A stretch of 64,000 nucleotides of DNA. Origin: Octopus sinensis. Its lineage: Eukaryota. Shown piece by piece: positions 38,989 through 53,135 of the stretch (the stretch's first letter is position 1; every line of letters starts with the position of its first letter). Below the pieces are notes generated by a model that was given only the letters and a program-made list of their open reading frames with translations, searched no databases and was not told the origin of the DNA. The stretch is from assembly GCF_006345805.1 (NCBI RefSeq), contig NC_043000.1, forward strand, positions 6,882,001-6,946,000. Reading direction: 5' to 3'. A program made the position numbers and the translations under genes.

Positions 38989-39430
38989 CGTTTTAGCATT
39001 TACACCAGCTATATTTGGCCAGAATATTCTACCTTGTTTTATGTTCAAGCAAGTCAGATCCAGCCTCTCACACCTACTCTACAATGTCATTCCAAAAATT
39101 AACTAATCACATCATCAAAATCTTGAAGCTATTGCATCATTAATTCATATTAATTCATAAAATATTGCATCATTAATTCAAACAAGCATCATCATCATCA
39201 CCATCATCGTTTAACATCTGCTTTCCATGCAAGCATGTGTTGAATGGTTTGACATGGAGCTGTCCTGACTCCAACTGTCTGTTGTGGTTACTATGGCTGG
39301 ATACCCTTCTTAATGCCAATCACTTAACAGAATGTGCTGGGTACTTTCTACATGCCACTGGCATGGGTGCACTTACACAGCACCGGTACCTAAGCATTAC
39401 ATTTGATAAAATAATCTGAATGATAAAGGG
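38989..39430. mobile_element. piggyBac-like MITE interrupted by an RTE tail (about 39186-39390)
   Basis: Starts after TTAA; the MITE sequence resumes at 39391 and ends GGG at 39430. Confidence 0.75.
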
Positions 39431-39699
39431 TTGAATCAAATACAGTCTAGAAATTAGCTGCAATAGCTACATGAATTTGCTTAGCTAATTAAATTGTTTA
39501 TTTACAACACTAACCTCAAGAAAATAGTCAGCTATCTGATCACCTACCAATCAGGAAAACACACAAACCAGATAGATATTGTAGTTGTAAGGAAACAGGA
39601 AAGACAGAATGTCTGTGTGAATACACTGCTCAACATTGACAGGTGATTAGTGACTTCAGACTAAGTACTAGATAGACCCAGAGGCACACGACAAGGAAG

Positions 39700-41360
39700 G
39701 ATTGGAAGCCGGAAAAAGCCCTCAACCATTTGTAGGTTCAGAGAAATACAAATTGACACATGGAACAGGAATGAGGAGGAGACAGAAACTTATAACATAG
39801 AAAGAAAACTGGAAAATTCTATGAGAGCCTGTTGAGAGCTACAGATTGGATTTGTGGCTGATGCAAGATTCCAAACTAAGCAGATGGAGATATGTGGAAT
39901 AGAACTGTATGTAAAGCTGTAGAGCTATATAAAAGGAGAGGTCTCAAAGGACTGGAAGAAAGGTGGGCAGCAGAAAACAATACCAAGTAGCTAGAAGAGA
40001 AACAAGATAGCAATTAAATTAGCAAAAAACAAGAGGTGTACACATGGTCTGTAGTGTGAGGATGAAAAGCATGAAGTGTCCTGGATTGCAAACTGATAGA
40101 TTAGAGATGGGAAGCATTAGAAAGAAATGTGAATGAAGTGACAGTCACTCAACAGCACTTACTAATGCTGAAGCATGGAAATGCGATTACCAGAGTTTGA
40201 ATGGAAGAGATAAGGTTTTTACTCCCCTATAGAGAGATCAGCATTTGAAACCGACAACAGTAGAATGGTAGAAAGTATGATTAAGGATATGAAAGCAGGG
40301 GAAAGCAGCTAGATCATCAGGGTTAGTTGCTGAGGTGCTTAAAGTATCTGGTGGCAGTTATTTACATAGTTGATCAGGGAGTTCAGTTTTATGCTTAAAA
40401 TATCACTCAACAGACACACAGTCAGTTAATTTCAGGCCAAGATGTCCTGTTCCAAGTGAGACAACTGTAGAAATACTTAGCAACTTGGAGAAAACTTTTT
40501 AACAGAATTGCACTATCTGTATTTCTCTGGACTACAGATAATGGAAGATAGATTGTGAGAGCCATAGAAGTACTGTCTGCAAATTGAGAGCTAGCAAGTT
40601 CAGCAAAGAATTTAGTATGTAAGTAGGAAGTCCATAACTTCTCAGTTCTCAGCCCCCTCCTAACCATAACAGAGAAGTTTAAGACCAGCTGTCTGTGAGA
40701 ACTGCTGTATGGTAATGACCTAGTTCTTACAATTGAATATGTAGATGAATTAGAGAAAGCAAATTCCAGACATGGAAACGAACTTAAAAATTGAGAGGTC
40801 TCAATGTAAACTTAGCAAAGATTGAGATTTTAGTTAGTCAGCAGTAAATAAAAAGCAGGCCTGTTGCTATAAAGGAAATGGCCATGTTCTAATATGCAGA
40901 AAAAGATTAAGTAGAAATGTCATACAGTGTACTCATTGTAAACTATGGATGCACAAGAAATGTAATGGAATCACAAGCAGCTGATGGAGAAGATAAATTT
41001 TTTCAAGTGGCAGATACACAGAAGCAGGCATCAGTATGAGAACACATGAAAAAGATTTCTTTCAAATGCCCAGAAGACTCTTTGGATGTAGTTGATAGAT
41101 TTTGTTACCTAGGTGATCTAATTAACGGTGAAGGTGGGTATTTTGAGGATACAGTAACAGGTGGCAAAAGATCAGAGAACTATTACCTCTGCTGGTAACA
41201 AAGGATTTCTCTCTCACGTATATAAAATGCAATACTACATGGTAGCAAAATACAAGCCTTGAATACAACATATTTATATATAAAGGCTAGAAAGAAATGA
41301 AGCCAACATACTCTTGTGTAAATTTAGTGTACATGAATGACAGAGCACAAATGAGTTGGA
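39700..41360 (+). mobile_element. Old, heavily degraded copy of the PHD-containing RTE LINE
   Basis: Broken frames give SVLSPLL, ELLYGNDL, WPCS.ICRKRLSRNVIQCTHCKLWMHKKC (40879-40963) and DRFCYLGD. Confidence 0.85.
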
Positions 41361-41655
41361 TGTACTTTGAATCTGTCTTAATCTAGATCTCATGATTACT
41401 TAGCATATTTGTATATTCTATACCTACCACACACATACATATGAATTTGCCAACCCTGTTCAGTTGAATACCAGCACAACATTGGTATCATCAAATAAAC
41501 TTATACATCAGTTTTCTTTGGTTTCATAGTTAGAGCTTATCTAACTACCCAGACACTTCATTTTACCTGGATTTAGTTGTTGTGTCTGTTCTTGCAAAAG
41601 TGAAGTAGATAGCTGATATTAGGTTTTGAGTTCAAATCTGCAATAGGTATTTTAA

Positions 41656-41875
41656 CCCTTTAGCATTTAGAAGGTCATATCAGGCCCAAATATTCTACCT
41701 TGTTTTATGTTCAAACTGGCCAGATTCAGCCTCTCACCCCTACACTACAATATCATTTTAAAAATAAACAATCACTTCATCAAAATCTTGAAGCTATATG
41801 AACCAGCAGGATTAATTCAAAACAATGTGAACCAATAAGCATCATGTTTGACAGAGTAATCTGAATGCTAAAAGG
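41656..41875. mobile_element. piggyBac-like MITE
   Basis: TTAA-CCCTTTAGCATT start; reverse orientation relative to the 18710 copy. Confidence 0.75.
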
Positions 41876-42614
41876 ATATTTTTCTAGGTTGTTCTCCAGC
41901 CCTCTAAAAGACTTTATCCTATAATTCCCCTTTTTATTTATCAGTCAAGAACAAATACCAGGTCATATGGGAAAGGGAATGGTATCCTGTCTAACATAAG
42001 ATTTATTTCTCTGCCAACAGGATCTTAGTAGACACTTTCAACTTGTAGTCATAACCAATGTAGCTTCCCCATTTTCCATGCTATACATACATTGATTCCT
42101 GGGGAAACAATTAACACATAGCTAAGTAGAGGTAGTGGGGAGGGGCGGGTTAGAATGGATCGCTGATTGAGCTAATTTTATGCAGGAACTTACCCCAGAA
42201 TGTCCAGTGTCTAGCCATAAACTGTTTCTTGAATGGCATCTTAACAAGAAGGAAAGATAATTTTTTTGTGATTTATCACAGATTTCACAAAGGAAGAAGG
42301 AGGGTGTCTTATAGAAGAATGTGAGCTCAGCACAATGTGCTAATAAAACACTTGCCAAGTCTTCAAAGCATTACTCTACTTACAGTAGGAACTTGTATCT
42401 GCTTATGTTATCATCCACTCATAAGTGTACTGGGAGCTTGAAAGGGAACCCAGTACCTTTGATAAAAATAAATCCTCAAGATTTCAACAAACCAACAGAC
42501 ATTCCAACACCATAACATGTGATTGCAATAAACCCAGATTAACCTTAATCAAGCAGACCTTCCAGTTGTAATCATCTTACTATTTTGTATATAAGGAATT
42601 ACATTCATTTAGAT

Positions 42615-42902
42615 CAGTGGTTCACAACTTGGGGTCCATATGACCCTTGAGGGTCCATATGACCCTTGAGGGTCCATAAAGATTTTGCTGTTAAAATTGA
42701 TGTGCAATCAATTGGTTATACTTGTACAATACACAAAATATTTTAACAATTTTTTTTAATACAATTCCTAATGATATTTAATTATAAAAAAAATATATAA
42801 CAGGATATTTAAAACATTGAATGGTTATGGGGGTCTACCTGAGTAAAATGAGAATCAAAGGGGTCCATAGGTAAACAAAAAGAAAATAGTTGAGAACCAC
42901 TG
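42615..42902. mobile_element. hAT (Charlie-like) MITE
   Basis: TIRs CAGTGGTTCACAACT / AGTTGAGAACCACTG; perfect 8-bp TSD ATTTAGAT. Confidence 0.93.
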
Positions 42903-43581
42903 ATTTAGATGAAAGTGTGAGATTTGAGAGAGTTATGGCTGTTATTTCTAGCAGGTCAAGAGATAGTGGCATGATTATTTCAAGAGTATTTGTATTTGCA
43001 TTCTGGTTGATATTAGTGCCGCCTGACTGCGTGGTTGATGCCAGTGCTGCCCGACTGGCCCCTGTGCCGGTGGCATGTAAAAAGCACCCACTACATTGAG
43101 TGGTTGCCATTAGGAGGGGCATCCCACTGTAGAAACCTTGCCAGTCCTCAGTCAAACCGTCCAACCCATGCCAGCATGGAAGGCAAATGTTAAACGATGA
43201 CCATCATCATCATCATTCTGTTCACAATACAATGATCTGTGTCCATGATGCTAAATTACTTCCAATCAGATGATATCCAGTTCTTTCCTTCCCAGTTTCA
43301 GCATGTCCTCTGCTATTATTGTTTCTCTGTTAGAAAAAAGTCCATTAACCAACAAGAAATCCTCTACAGTCAGTTCACAATAGCAGAGTGGTGAGTATCC
43401 CCACCTGTCACATGGGAGTCCATTCAAACAGACCACCATGTTGAAGTGGCAACGAATATTACTCATCAGTACAACTACCAAATTGATCTCTTAGAGAGAT
43501 TTTAGAACTAATTAAATATTACAGTTCATATATTTGAAAAAGAAGCATACTCTAAAGCATTAGAGCAGTAATATATTTTTT

Positions 43582-43824
43582 TAGGAAGCTAAAAGTTATG
43601 GCTGGTCATAGAGTGACCATTGGTTTTGCACCTATAAATCGCCTATAAAGCCATATAGGTGACTTGTTGGACTCAAATGGCTGAAGGCACACAACCCCTC
43701 TAGAGAAGTAGAGTGGTTATGTGCCCTTCAGCCATTTGAGTCTGATGAGTCGCCTATATGGCTAAGCACTTTATAAGTGTGGAGAAAAAGGTCACTACGA
43801 CCAGCCATAACTTTTAACTTCCTG
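43582..43824. repeat. About 240-bp fold-back element (probable MITE)
   Basis: Arms pair along most of their length around a short loop at about 43703-43708. Confidence 0.88.
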
Positions 43825-45899
43825 AAATATACATGCACGCACACACTCACATCTTATATCAATAGTTGACAATTTCTTTTTTGTAATGACTTAGAGTCAA
43901 TGTTTTCTTGCATTTGCCCATGGCCCACCTATACATTATATATTTTCCACATAAAATATCTTTATTCTCACATATAAATATCTAGTGTTTACCTCTTGCT
44001 ATTTCCATCTCTAAAAGCCATCAGTGGTCCACAAATGCATAAAATTTGAGAAGATTTTAAAGAAGGTCTGACGCCCACAGAAAATACCTCAATGGCCCAC
44101 CTGTTGCCAACCTCTGACCTAGACAAGATTGTGACTTTAAATCTCCTGCTAATATTTCATGATGTTTCTCACAAGAATACTTTATTCTGCACTACCTCAA
44201 CACTTCTAATTACTAAGGAAAAAATACCAAAATCACCCAAGAAAGTTTGGCTGCAAGCTGAAGTCTATCAGTTGTCTCAGTTCACTTTGCTATTGAATTT
44301 AGACCTTAGGTCTGTTGACTGGTTATGCATGGTTAGAATGTAACAACAGAGTATTTCATACTAAAGTCATAATACACAGGTTTCCACCAGCAGATCATTT
44401 TCTTTTGCTATGATTTATTCATGCCAATATCTCCACAATTAGAAACAATAAGACTACTGAATTTTAGAAACACAGTCTATGAGCATTGGATTTCAATTCC
44501 AATGAAGATATTGCATGTTGCACTGAGTGTGTCTTTTGTGAAGGCTGAATGATGTGCTTTGCATCAATCTATCATGGTACAAGAGTCCCCATAAAATACA
44601 CTTATGTTAGAAAGGGCATCTTGTCATAAAAGAAACGATAAATATACTAACAAGAAAGGGGAGGCAGAGAGAGAAGAAGACAGAAATACTACCCGAGCAG
44701 GTGTGATGATAACTGCTGACACAAAAACTATGGCATTGTGTCTATCTATAGGTACATTCACTTACTAGCTTTACTATAGTACACTGAAATTAGGTACCAC
44801 TTTCATGTTATGGTTGAATGCTTTGTTAGGAAAAGCGTAGTTATGAAACATCTGTTCCAATTATTCATGCAATTATTTGAGTTTAGACCCAGGTAATTCA
44901 TTCCCACAATAGTTCTTTTCTAATTTATATAAGTAATAAGTATGCCATAGATATACATACAGCTGCCACCATACACACTTATCTCTTTTTCATCATTTTA
45001 ATACCTTTTTTAATGCTAATGATCCTTCCATTCACTGAATGGTTTTAAAAACAAGTATCTTTGAATAAAGCAATATCTCATCTAAGAGAGGCATAAAGTC
45101 CTCTGATCTGATCCAAACAACTTTCTTTCAACTATCCCTACTAAAAAACACTTCACCACCAATATGAAGCGTGCTTTCACAAAGTAAACAATGTCTATTT
45201 ACAATGCACGCATGTGTGCTCACATGCAACAGGCCTTTTATATTCAATTCTTTGTTCTCCATTATTAAGCAAACATTTATTACCTGATTTGGCAGATCAT
45301 TTCAGTAAAGATCATAAATTTAGTTATCAATGAATAACCAGTTTATAATATGCATTGCTGATATTTTGAACGAATAGTCATGCTTGTGTCATGCCACACA
45401 AATTAATCTACATTCAATCATGCATGCAAATTATGTTTCCATACATGCATTTTTCCATTCTGGCAAATAGTGGATAGAATCAATAGATGAACAGACCAAA
45501 TGTTTTACAATATTTAGTTGAAACTTTATAAGTTCTGCATTCAAAACTTGCTAAAGTCCTCAACTTCACTCTTTTATCATTCCACGGGACAAGGATCAAT
45601 ATCATTGATTGTTGCCACCTCAAAAATGTAGGGCCTTGTGCCATACAGTTTAGGAGAGAATAATTATATTGAATCCTATCAATATAACCAGTCAGAAATC
45701 ATTATTTAAAATTCTCATAAAAATGAAATGGTCCAACAATATTAAATAAAGACAGGTGGAGCTGGAAAAGTAATTGTGTGTTTTCATGAAATAAAAAGAC
45801 AGAGGTAAAATAATGATGAATTTTCAGATGTGGTTTTTGTCTATTGCAAAAGAGCTACATCTTTTGAAGGTTACTGTTTTGGACAACAATGCAAGTAAA

Positions 45900-46245
45900 C
45901 TAATAACGAAAGGTATGTCGATGCCATTTGCTTGTAGGATTGATGCAGTTAATGTTCCTCGTGAATAGTCGCAAGTTGACAACTGCAGGAAAAACATGAG
46001 GATGGGAATTCCAGAGGATTGACACATAGGAGGTCAAGGATTAAGCAAAGTGGTTACTGTATCTCTTAGGAGACGGTGGGGGAATACAATATGGATGACA
46101 AAGAGAGATGAGTGACTAGGAAATAACAGAGTAGATATAGCATTCAAGCAGCCAGTCAGTTTTAAGGAGTAGTAGTGGTAGGAAAGGTAGGGTGAAGAGA
46201 CAGCACATCCGTGAACCAGAGACTGTAAAGTGAACTCAACCACAT
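45900..46245 (-). mobile_element. CR1/L2-group LINE C-terminal remnant
   Basis: LQSLVHGCAVSSPYLSYHYY and SILWNSHPHVFPAVVNLRLFTRNIN. Confidence 0.6.
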
Positions 46246-46666
46246 GTCTATGTCTATATGCAAATATGTATTTATAAAATGAACTTCTAAGCTTATTTTT
46301 AAAAGAATGTTTAAAGGACTGAAATAATGTACACCAAATTTTAAGGATGTTGGAATAGTCAAAGTAGAGGAGCTAATGAGAATGGATGAAATAAGTGGAT
46401 ATTTTTTTTATTATTATTTATAATTGGCAGACATTATAAAATGACTCAAGGGGCAAAGGTGTCTTGCATTGAATTTATCAGAGTTTGACAAGTGTTAATG
46501 CACAAAACTTTAAGCCTTTGAGTCACTTAGAAACTTCTGAATATATATATATATATACTCATGCTTTGAGTTCTATTTTACCAATGAAGGAAGGGTAGCG
46601 AGAAAAGAGGAGGGATAAATCAGAAATAAAACTAGTTAAAATTCTGAATGTATTATTTTATTCATT

Positions 46667-46963
46667 GTCCGTTGCCAGCGCCACGTAAAAAGCACCATCC
46701 GATCATGGCCATTGCCAGCCTTGCCTGGCACCTGTGCCGGTGGCACTTAAAAAGCACCATCCGTCCGTGGCCGTTTGCCAGCCCCGTCTGGCACGTAAAA
46801 AGTACCCACTACATTCGCAGAGTGGTTGGCATTAGGAAGGGCATCCAGCCGTAGAAACACTGCCAGATCAGACTGGGCCTGGTGCAGTCTTCTGGCTTCC
46901 CAGACCCCAGTTGAACCGTCCAACCCATGCTAGCATGGAAAGCAGATGCTAAATGATGATGAT
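46667..46963 (+). mobile_element. RTE LINE 3' UTR copy
   Basis: Tandem units plus tail plus (GAT)n. Confidence 0.88.
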
Positions 46964-47018
46964 TAGTTTTAAATATAAAGATTGAATGGCTAACATTATA
47001 TATATATATATATTATAT

Positions 47019-47158
47019 GTGTGTAGTCCTTTCTGTTGAACAGCATAGGCTTGAAACGTCAAAGATTTTTCCATTCTTCCCAAGAGTTAAACTAATACAC
47101 CTGCTTGTTGTTCCCTAATCTGTCTCCATCTTTTGTTTTCTGTAAATTTGAACCTAAC
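47019..47158 (+). mobile_element. Short element carrying a decayed minimal hammerhead-like motif (possibly Penelope-like derived)
   Basis: ccuuu-CUGUUGA-a-cagc-auag-gcuu-GAAA-C-GUC-aaag; lies between (TA)n and (CA)n. Confidence 0.45.
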
Positions 47159-47193
47159 ACACACACACACACACACAGACAAAGATATATATA

Positions 47194-47636
47194 TCATCAT
47201 CATTGTTTAATGCCCGCTTTCCATGTTGGCATGGGTTGGACGGTTTGGCTGCACCAGGCTCAATTTGATCTGGCAAAGTTTCTACAGCTGGATGCCCTAC
47301 CTAACGCCAACCACCCTGTGAGTGTTTTTTATGTGCCACCGGCACGAGGGCCAGTCAGGCTGTTCTAGCAACGACCACACTCAAAAGGTGTTTTTACATG
47401 CTACCTGAACGGGTGCCAGTCCGGCAGCACTGGCAACAACCACGCTCGAATGTTGGTTTTCACATGCCACCGGCACATGTGCCAGTAAGGCGACATTGGC
47501 AATGATCACGCTCGAATGGTGCTTTTCACGTGTCACCTGCACAGGAGCCAATCTGTGGCCAGGTAACGATCATGCTCAGATATGCTTTTCACGTTCCACT
47601 GGCACAAGTACCAATCAGGCGGTACTGTCATCGGCA
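47194..47636 (-). mobile_element. RTE LINE 3' UTR copy with about 5 tandem units
   Basis: (CAT)n start, repeated GCTTTT..CATGCCACCGGCAC units, (TA)n on both flanks. Confidence 0.88.
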
Positions 47637-48142
47637 TATATATATTTATATATATATAAATAAAAGCATTCAACCAGTTCCCTTCAGAAACAAGCAATAA
47701 TTTTCAAAATATATTTTAATGGTAATGTTGTATTTATGCTAATGGCACATGCTTTGTAAAAAGTTCAATATAAATTAGTGCAGGCCAAATAATTAATGCT
47801 TAGAACATCAGTCATAAATTCAACTTCAATCAAACATTTAAAAGTGTTAAAATGGACCTTATCACAGGTAGTTTACGCAGACATATTACTTATTTCTACA
47901 CACATTCGGCAGATAAAGATTAGCATAATCAGAGAATGCAGGGTAAATTATCTATGAATTAATGATAATCTAGCCAATTAGGCAGATCAGACAAGAGTCT
48001 AGACTAATTAACCCTAAAATGACAGTTGGTTAGGTAAGGAGACAAAACACAGAAAAGCTATCTTAATCATTTAAGTCAGTTTAGTCACTAAACTCGTGAT
48101 TTGCACCCAGCACCATTAGAGCCTATCAACTGTGATATTTAA

Positions 48143-48361
48143 CCTTTTAGCATTCAGATTACTCTGTCAAATGTAATATTTACTTATCCACACTGTTTTG
48201 AATTAATCACGCATTATTTTGTAGCTTCAAGATATTGGTGATGGGGTTGTTTATTTTTAGATGACATTGTAGAGTTGGTGTGAGAGGCTGGATCTGGTTG
48301 GTAGGAACATAAAACAGGTGGAATATTTGGAGTTGATGTGGATGGTTTAAACACTAAAGAG
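48143..48361. mobile_element. piggyBac-like MITE
   Basis: Colinear with 18710-18915; preceded by TTAA. Confidence 0.75.
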
Positions 48362-50117
48362 TCGTGGGGGAAATGCTGTCACTATTTTTTAAAAATCCAA
48401 AATACAGAAAAACAATTTTATATTAAAACTGATCAGTATAGTTGTGTATGTGTGTGTAACAGTGACTTATCTAAAATAAAATCTTCAATATTTACAGTTT
48501 TGTGATATTTGATACAGTAATATTTTTATGTATAGTACTAAAGACCCCTGCTTGGCTGTTGGTATCAGTGTCTGCATCTATAAATATACCATTATTAAAA
48601 AAAAAGAGACAAAACAAGACTGATACTATAACTAATACAACTACCAAGAAAATTAAAAAATAAATTAGAAACATTTAATTATTAAAAAATAAATTATGCA
48701 AATCAAGGCTGAATTGAATGAATCAATTAATTCAGCTTTGATTCATTGCCAAAAACTGTTTCACTTAAGTTAAATCATGAATAAAAGTTTCACCATGAGC
48801 TTCTTTCAGTTTCTATCTAATCATATTTACTCATAAGGTTTTGGTTGGCCTGGGGTTATATATAGTTGAAGACACTTGCCCAAGATGCTGCAAAGTCAGA
48901 CTGAATCTGAAACTGGTATAGTTGGGAAATAAATTTCATAACCATACAGCCATGCCGTGATTATATGAGCTACATTTTACAGCTAAAATGGCATTTGGGA
49001 CTACCACATTTACAGAAGACTTATTTACATATTTCACAATGCTTCTAGGGAAATGTTCTAAATGTAAACAAAGTTAAAATGCTGAAAAATATATGAAATA
49101 AAAAAAATTTATATTTAAATTGAATAATCCTAATTTTTTTTCAATGTCACATTTAAATTCTTACAATTAAGATACGTTTAAGACTTTCCATTTCTGTAAA
49201 AGTTGATATTTCTAGCATAAACAGGTTTTAAAACCATTTTTAAGTATATTTATATCTATAAAGATTTCCTTCCCCGCCACCACCCATTAATTCATATTTA
49301 TTCAATGTCTTAAAACACCACTATATTGTTTATGACACCCAATTTTGCTTTCCATCTCTCTCTTGAAATATCATGTTCACAAAATATGGAGTAGGAGATT
49401 CCAAGAGCCTAGTTCTAATATAAGTCAATAGGCCAAGTGCTCAGACAAACGAATCTCCAAGAAAAAGGAAACTAATTACAGAACATACATTATTATACAT
49501 TATTTTTACTTTAGCAAATGTTCTATCTTTAGAAACTATGCTATTTGCCATATCATTTTCTGTGCTATCTTGTTTCTTTGAAATGCATAATCATTACAAT
49601 GGTTGAATGCAGGGCCAGATTTAGGCATAAGCTAGTTAAGCTGCTGCTAAGGGCTTCAGTCTGAAGGATTCTAAAGAAAAAAATCTCAATATTTTTCATT
49701 TGTTAAAGTTTTATAACAATTTATATTTAAGTAATCACTTAAACCAATTAGCAGTATTAACAAGTATTTCCTTTCATTTAGAATTCTGCTTAAATAAAAA
49801 TTCTTATTCAATTATGCTAATGTTTCATTATTTAGGTGGGTTATTTTTCTTATATGATATTTTATTTTATTTGAAACAAAATTTTAAAAGTTTTAATTTT
49901 ATTAATATTTGCAAACAATCAGTAATTTTTTCATGTATATAGATGTATGAATTTATTACAAAAAAAAACAAACTCCCCAACTACTCTCCTTTATGTTACC
50001 TCGTAGTTTACCTGGTAAATGTTTTCTCAGTATTATGTTAATAGTTTGCATATCTATTTCATTTACAGGCAATTACAAGTCTATGAGAGTATTTTACTGC
50101 CAGAAATTAATATGTTT

Positions 50118-50352
50118 ATAAGGCAGTGAACTGGCAGAAATGTTAGCACGGTGGGCGAAATGCTTAGCGGTATTTCGTTTGCCGTTACGTTCTGAGTTCA
50201 AATTCCGCTGATGTCGACTTTGCCTTTCATCCTTTCGGGGTCGATAAATCCAGTACCAGTTATGCACTGGGGTTGATGTAATTGACTTAATCCCTTTGTC
50301 TGTCCTTGTTTGTCCCCTCGATGTTTAGCCCCTTGTGGGCAATAAAGAAATA
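50118..50352 (+). mobile_element. SINE family A, full length
   Basis: 16-bp flanking repeat AGAAA(T/C)TAATATGTTT with one mismatch. Confidence 0.9.
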
Positions 50353-51472
50353 AGAAACTAATATGTTTTGTCATCTGATTCGCTTAGAGTGACTTTCCTG
50401 TGTTATTTTTCATTATCACCATTTAACATCAATCTTCTGTGCTGGCTTCAGATGGACAGTTTGACAGGATCTGATAGGTCTATGGACTGCATCATGCTCC
50501 AGTCTCTTCTTTGGTATGGTCTCTACAGCTGAATGTCCTTTGTAAGACCAAACAATAAAATCTCTTGAAATTGAATTGATAAAGATAAATTTTTAAAATT
50601 CGTTCAGAACAATTCTCTCTGTATTTGTAGTTGATGTTGTCAAGGATGTCTTAGCAGCATCAAAAGCCTCAGGGCAAATCAGTACAATAGGCCCAGTAGC
50701 AATTGTCTCAGGGCCCCTAAGACAATCACCCAGTGTGCCCATGCCTTAAGATGGCACTGGTGGTAGTTGTTATTTAGCACTAGTTCAGTTCAGTTTAAAT
50801 AAACCAGTGATAAAAGACATTTCAGCCATGACCATTCCATCTTTTATTCCTACATAATGTATCTAGAACAACACTATTCAATGTGTCCTTTTTTGCTTAA
50901 AGATGATAGGGTGTGATTAAGAGAGATTCAGCTACTATTTCTAGCAAAATCTTAGCTAAGTTAAGATAACATTATGAGGCACTCTTGTAGGTTCCTTCTG
51001 GAACTGTGTTAATATGCTATTCTAATACTTATATTCAACCTTATTTGTAGCTAAATCAAAGAATGACAAACAGTGCTTGTCACTTTATGAAAATCCTCTG
51101 AAACTAATGGAAAAGTATGGAGAAAAAAAACACAACACAAGGCTTGGTGCACTAAGAAGCACTGATTTATCTTCAAACCAGGCTTAGTTCACTAAGAAAC
51201 ATTCAGTTATCCTCAAACTAGATAACTGGCCCGAGTGCATGCACCGAAGTGAACTCAGGTAGCAGTGTGAGACTAGCTGAAAGACTAGGTCTGCCATCCA
51301 AGAACAAGTACAGTCCATCTAACTATTTCCATCTACCCAATTTCACTTACAGAAGAATGGGTCAACCTGCAGTATGGTTAGAAAACACTTGCCCAAGATG
51401 TTACAAGTTGGAATTAAACCCAGAGCCAGGTGCTTACAAAGCAAACATCTTAAGGGCACGATTATGTTAATA

Positions 51473-51846
51473 TCATCATTTTAACTTCCACTTTTGCATG
51501 CTTGCATGTGTCAGATGGAATTTGTTGAAGCAGATTTTCTATAACTGGATGAGATTCCTGTCACCAACCATCACCTGTTTCCAAGTGAGATATTTCCCCT
51601 TGGCTGGAAATGTTTTTTACTTGAAAAATTGGAAACTGAAGACACTCCTTATTTGACAGTGTTGCTCATTTACAACTACCCCAAAAACACACACATGATG
51701 AACCTTCCTTGGTTTTTGTCTACCATATCCACTCACAAGGTCTTGGTCAGTCCAGGTCTAGCAGATACTTGCTCAAGGTGTCATGCAGGGGGACTGAACC
51801 TGAAACCACATGGTTGGGAAGCAAACTTCTTGACCACACAGCCATG
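51473..51846 (-). mobile_element. SINE with family-B head and RTE-type (GAT)n tail
   Basis: B head 51700-51846, distinct body, tail similar to the LINE 3' end. Confidence 0.7.
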
Positions 51847-52786
51847 CTAAGCCACTGATATATTTTCAATAAATAATTTTTATGCCATTTTCCCATATTG
51901 CCAATACAAATAACCTATAAATCAAACATCACCATAAAACAAAGAAATATATATTTTTTTCCATTGATGAAATTTCTTAAATACTTGTTACTATTTATAT
52001 ATAATTCAGCGCTCTAAACTAACTGGTTTATATAATTGATTTTAATAATTGCTTTGAAGTAATCTTTCAGAATTTTTTTCATTTCTAGTAGGCAAATAAC
52101 TCAACATATAGTGTTTCTTGTATCATTATCGAAGAGAAAACAAAAACACAGACACAAAGAATAATGATATCAACTAACAGAAAATGATACTATACATTCT
52201 CTCTTGTTCCAGGCAGATGTTAGAATATAGTGTGTGTGCGCACGCACACATGATGGACTCTCCCATTGGTTTCAATGTATGAAGATCCAACAACCTACTC
52301 TTTCTTTGTCAGACATAATGTATGTGTCAAGTGTGACATTTGAGTCTCGCCAACAATTTTCAAAGCCTGCAGATGTTGCAAAGTATGAGGACTACAGGTC
52401 AGTGCAAGCAGTATATTTGTAACCACTTTTCTCCTTTGCCATGCACTCTTAGCCTTTTAATGCTGGTTGAAAGTGTGTGTGTGTATATGTATACACACAC
52501 ATACAGGAGGCGACATCTCTCTCTCTCTTTTTTCCTTCTCAAGTCATACCAAATCATAAGGGCCAGTTTCCAAGTTTCCATGGTGTACATATTCCCCACC
52601 TGGATGGGACACAAGTCCATCACCGGATTACTCATTTTTGCCAGCTGAATGGTCTGGAGCAATGTGAAATGAATTGTTTTGCTCAAGAACACGTGTTGCC
52701 CGGTCAAAGAATCAAAACCGCAATTTTACAATCAGGAGTCTAACACCTTAACCAATAAGCCACACACTTCCACTACAGGAAGCAAC

Positions 52787-53135
52787 AGGTGTGGCTGTGT
52801 ATTTAAGAAGCTTACCTTTCAACAATATGATCTTGGATAAGTACCTTCTACTATAGCTGTAGGTCAACCAAAGACTTGTCAGGAGATTTGGCAAAAAAGA
52901 AACTGAAAAGAAGCCTGCCATCTATGTATATGTGAGTACCCCTCAAGCAATGTTATTCATTTCCAGTCTTCCTTGAAAAATATTTTTGTTTAAAGAGAAA
53001 TATTACTGTGCTTAGAAACAGTGAGGATTGGCAACAAGAAGGGCATCCAGCCATAGAAAATCTGCCTCAACAAAGCAACAAATTCCATCTGAGCCATTCA
53101 AGTATAAAAATGTCAATGTTAAATGAGGATGATGA
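52787..53135 (+). mobile_element. SINE with family-B head and RTE-type tail
   Basis: Same modular order as 51473-51846 in the opposite orientation; ends AATGAGGATGATG. Confidence 0.7.

Noticed and set aside
47850-48130. Unassigned repeat-like sequence, also about 39500-39690
   Set aside because: No motif, ORF, TIR or TSD that I can support.
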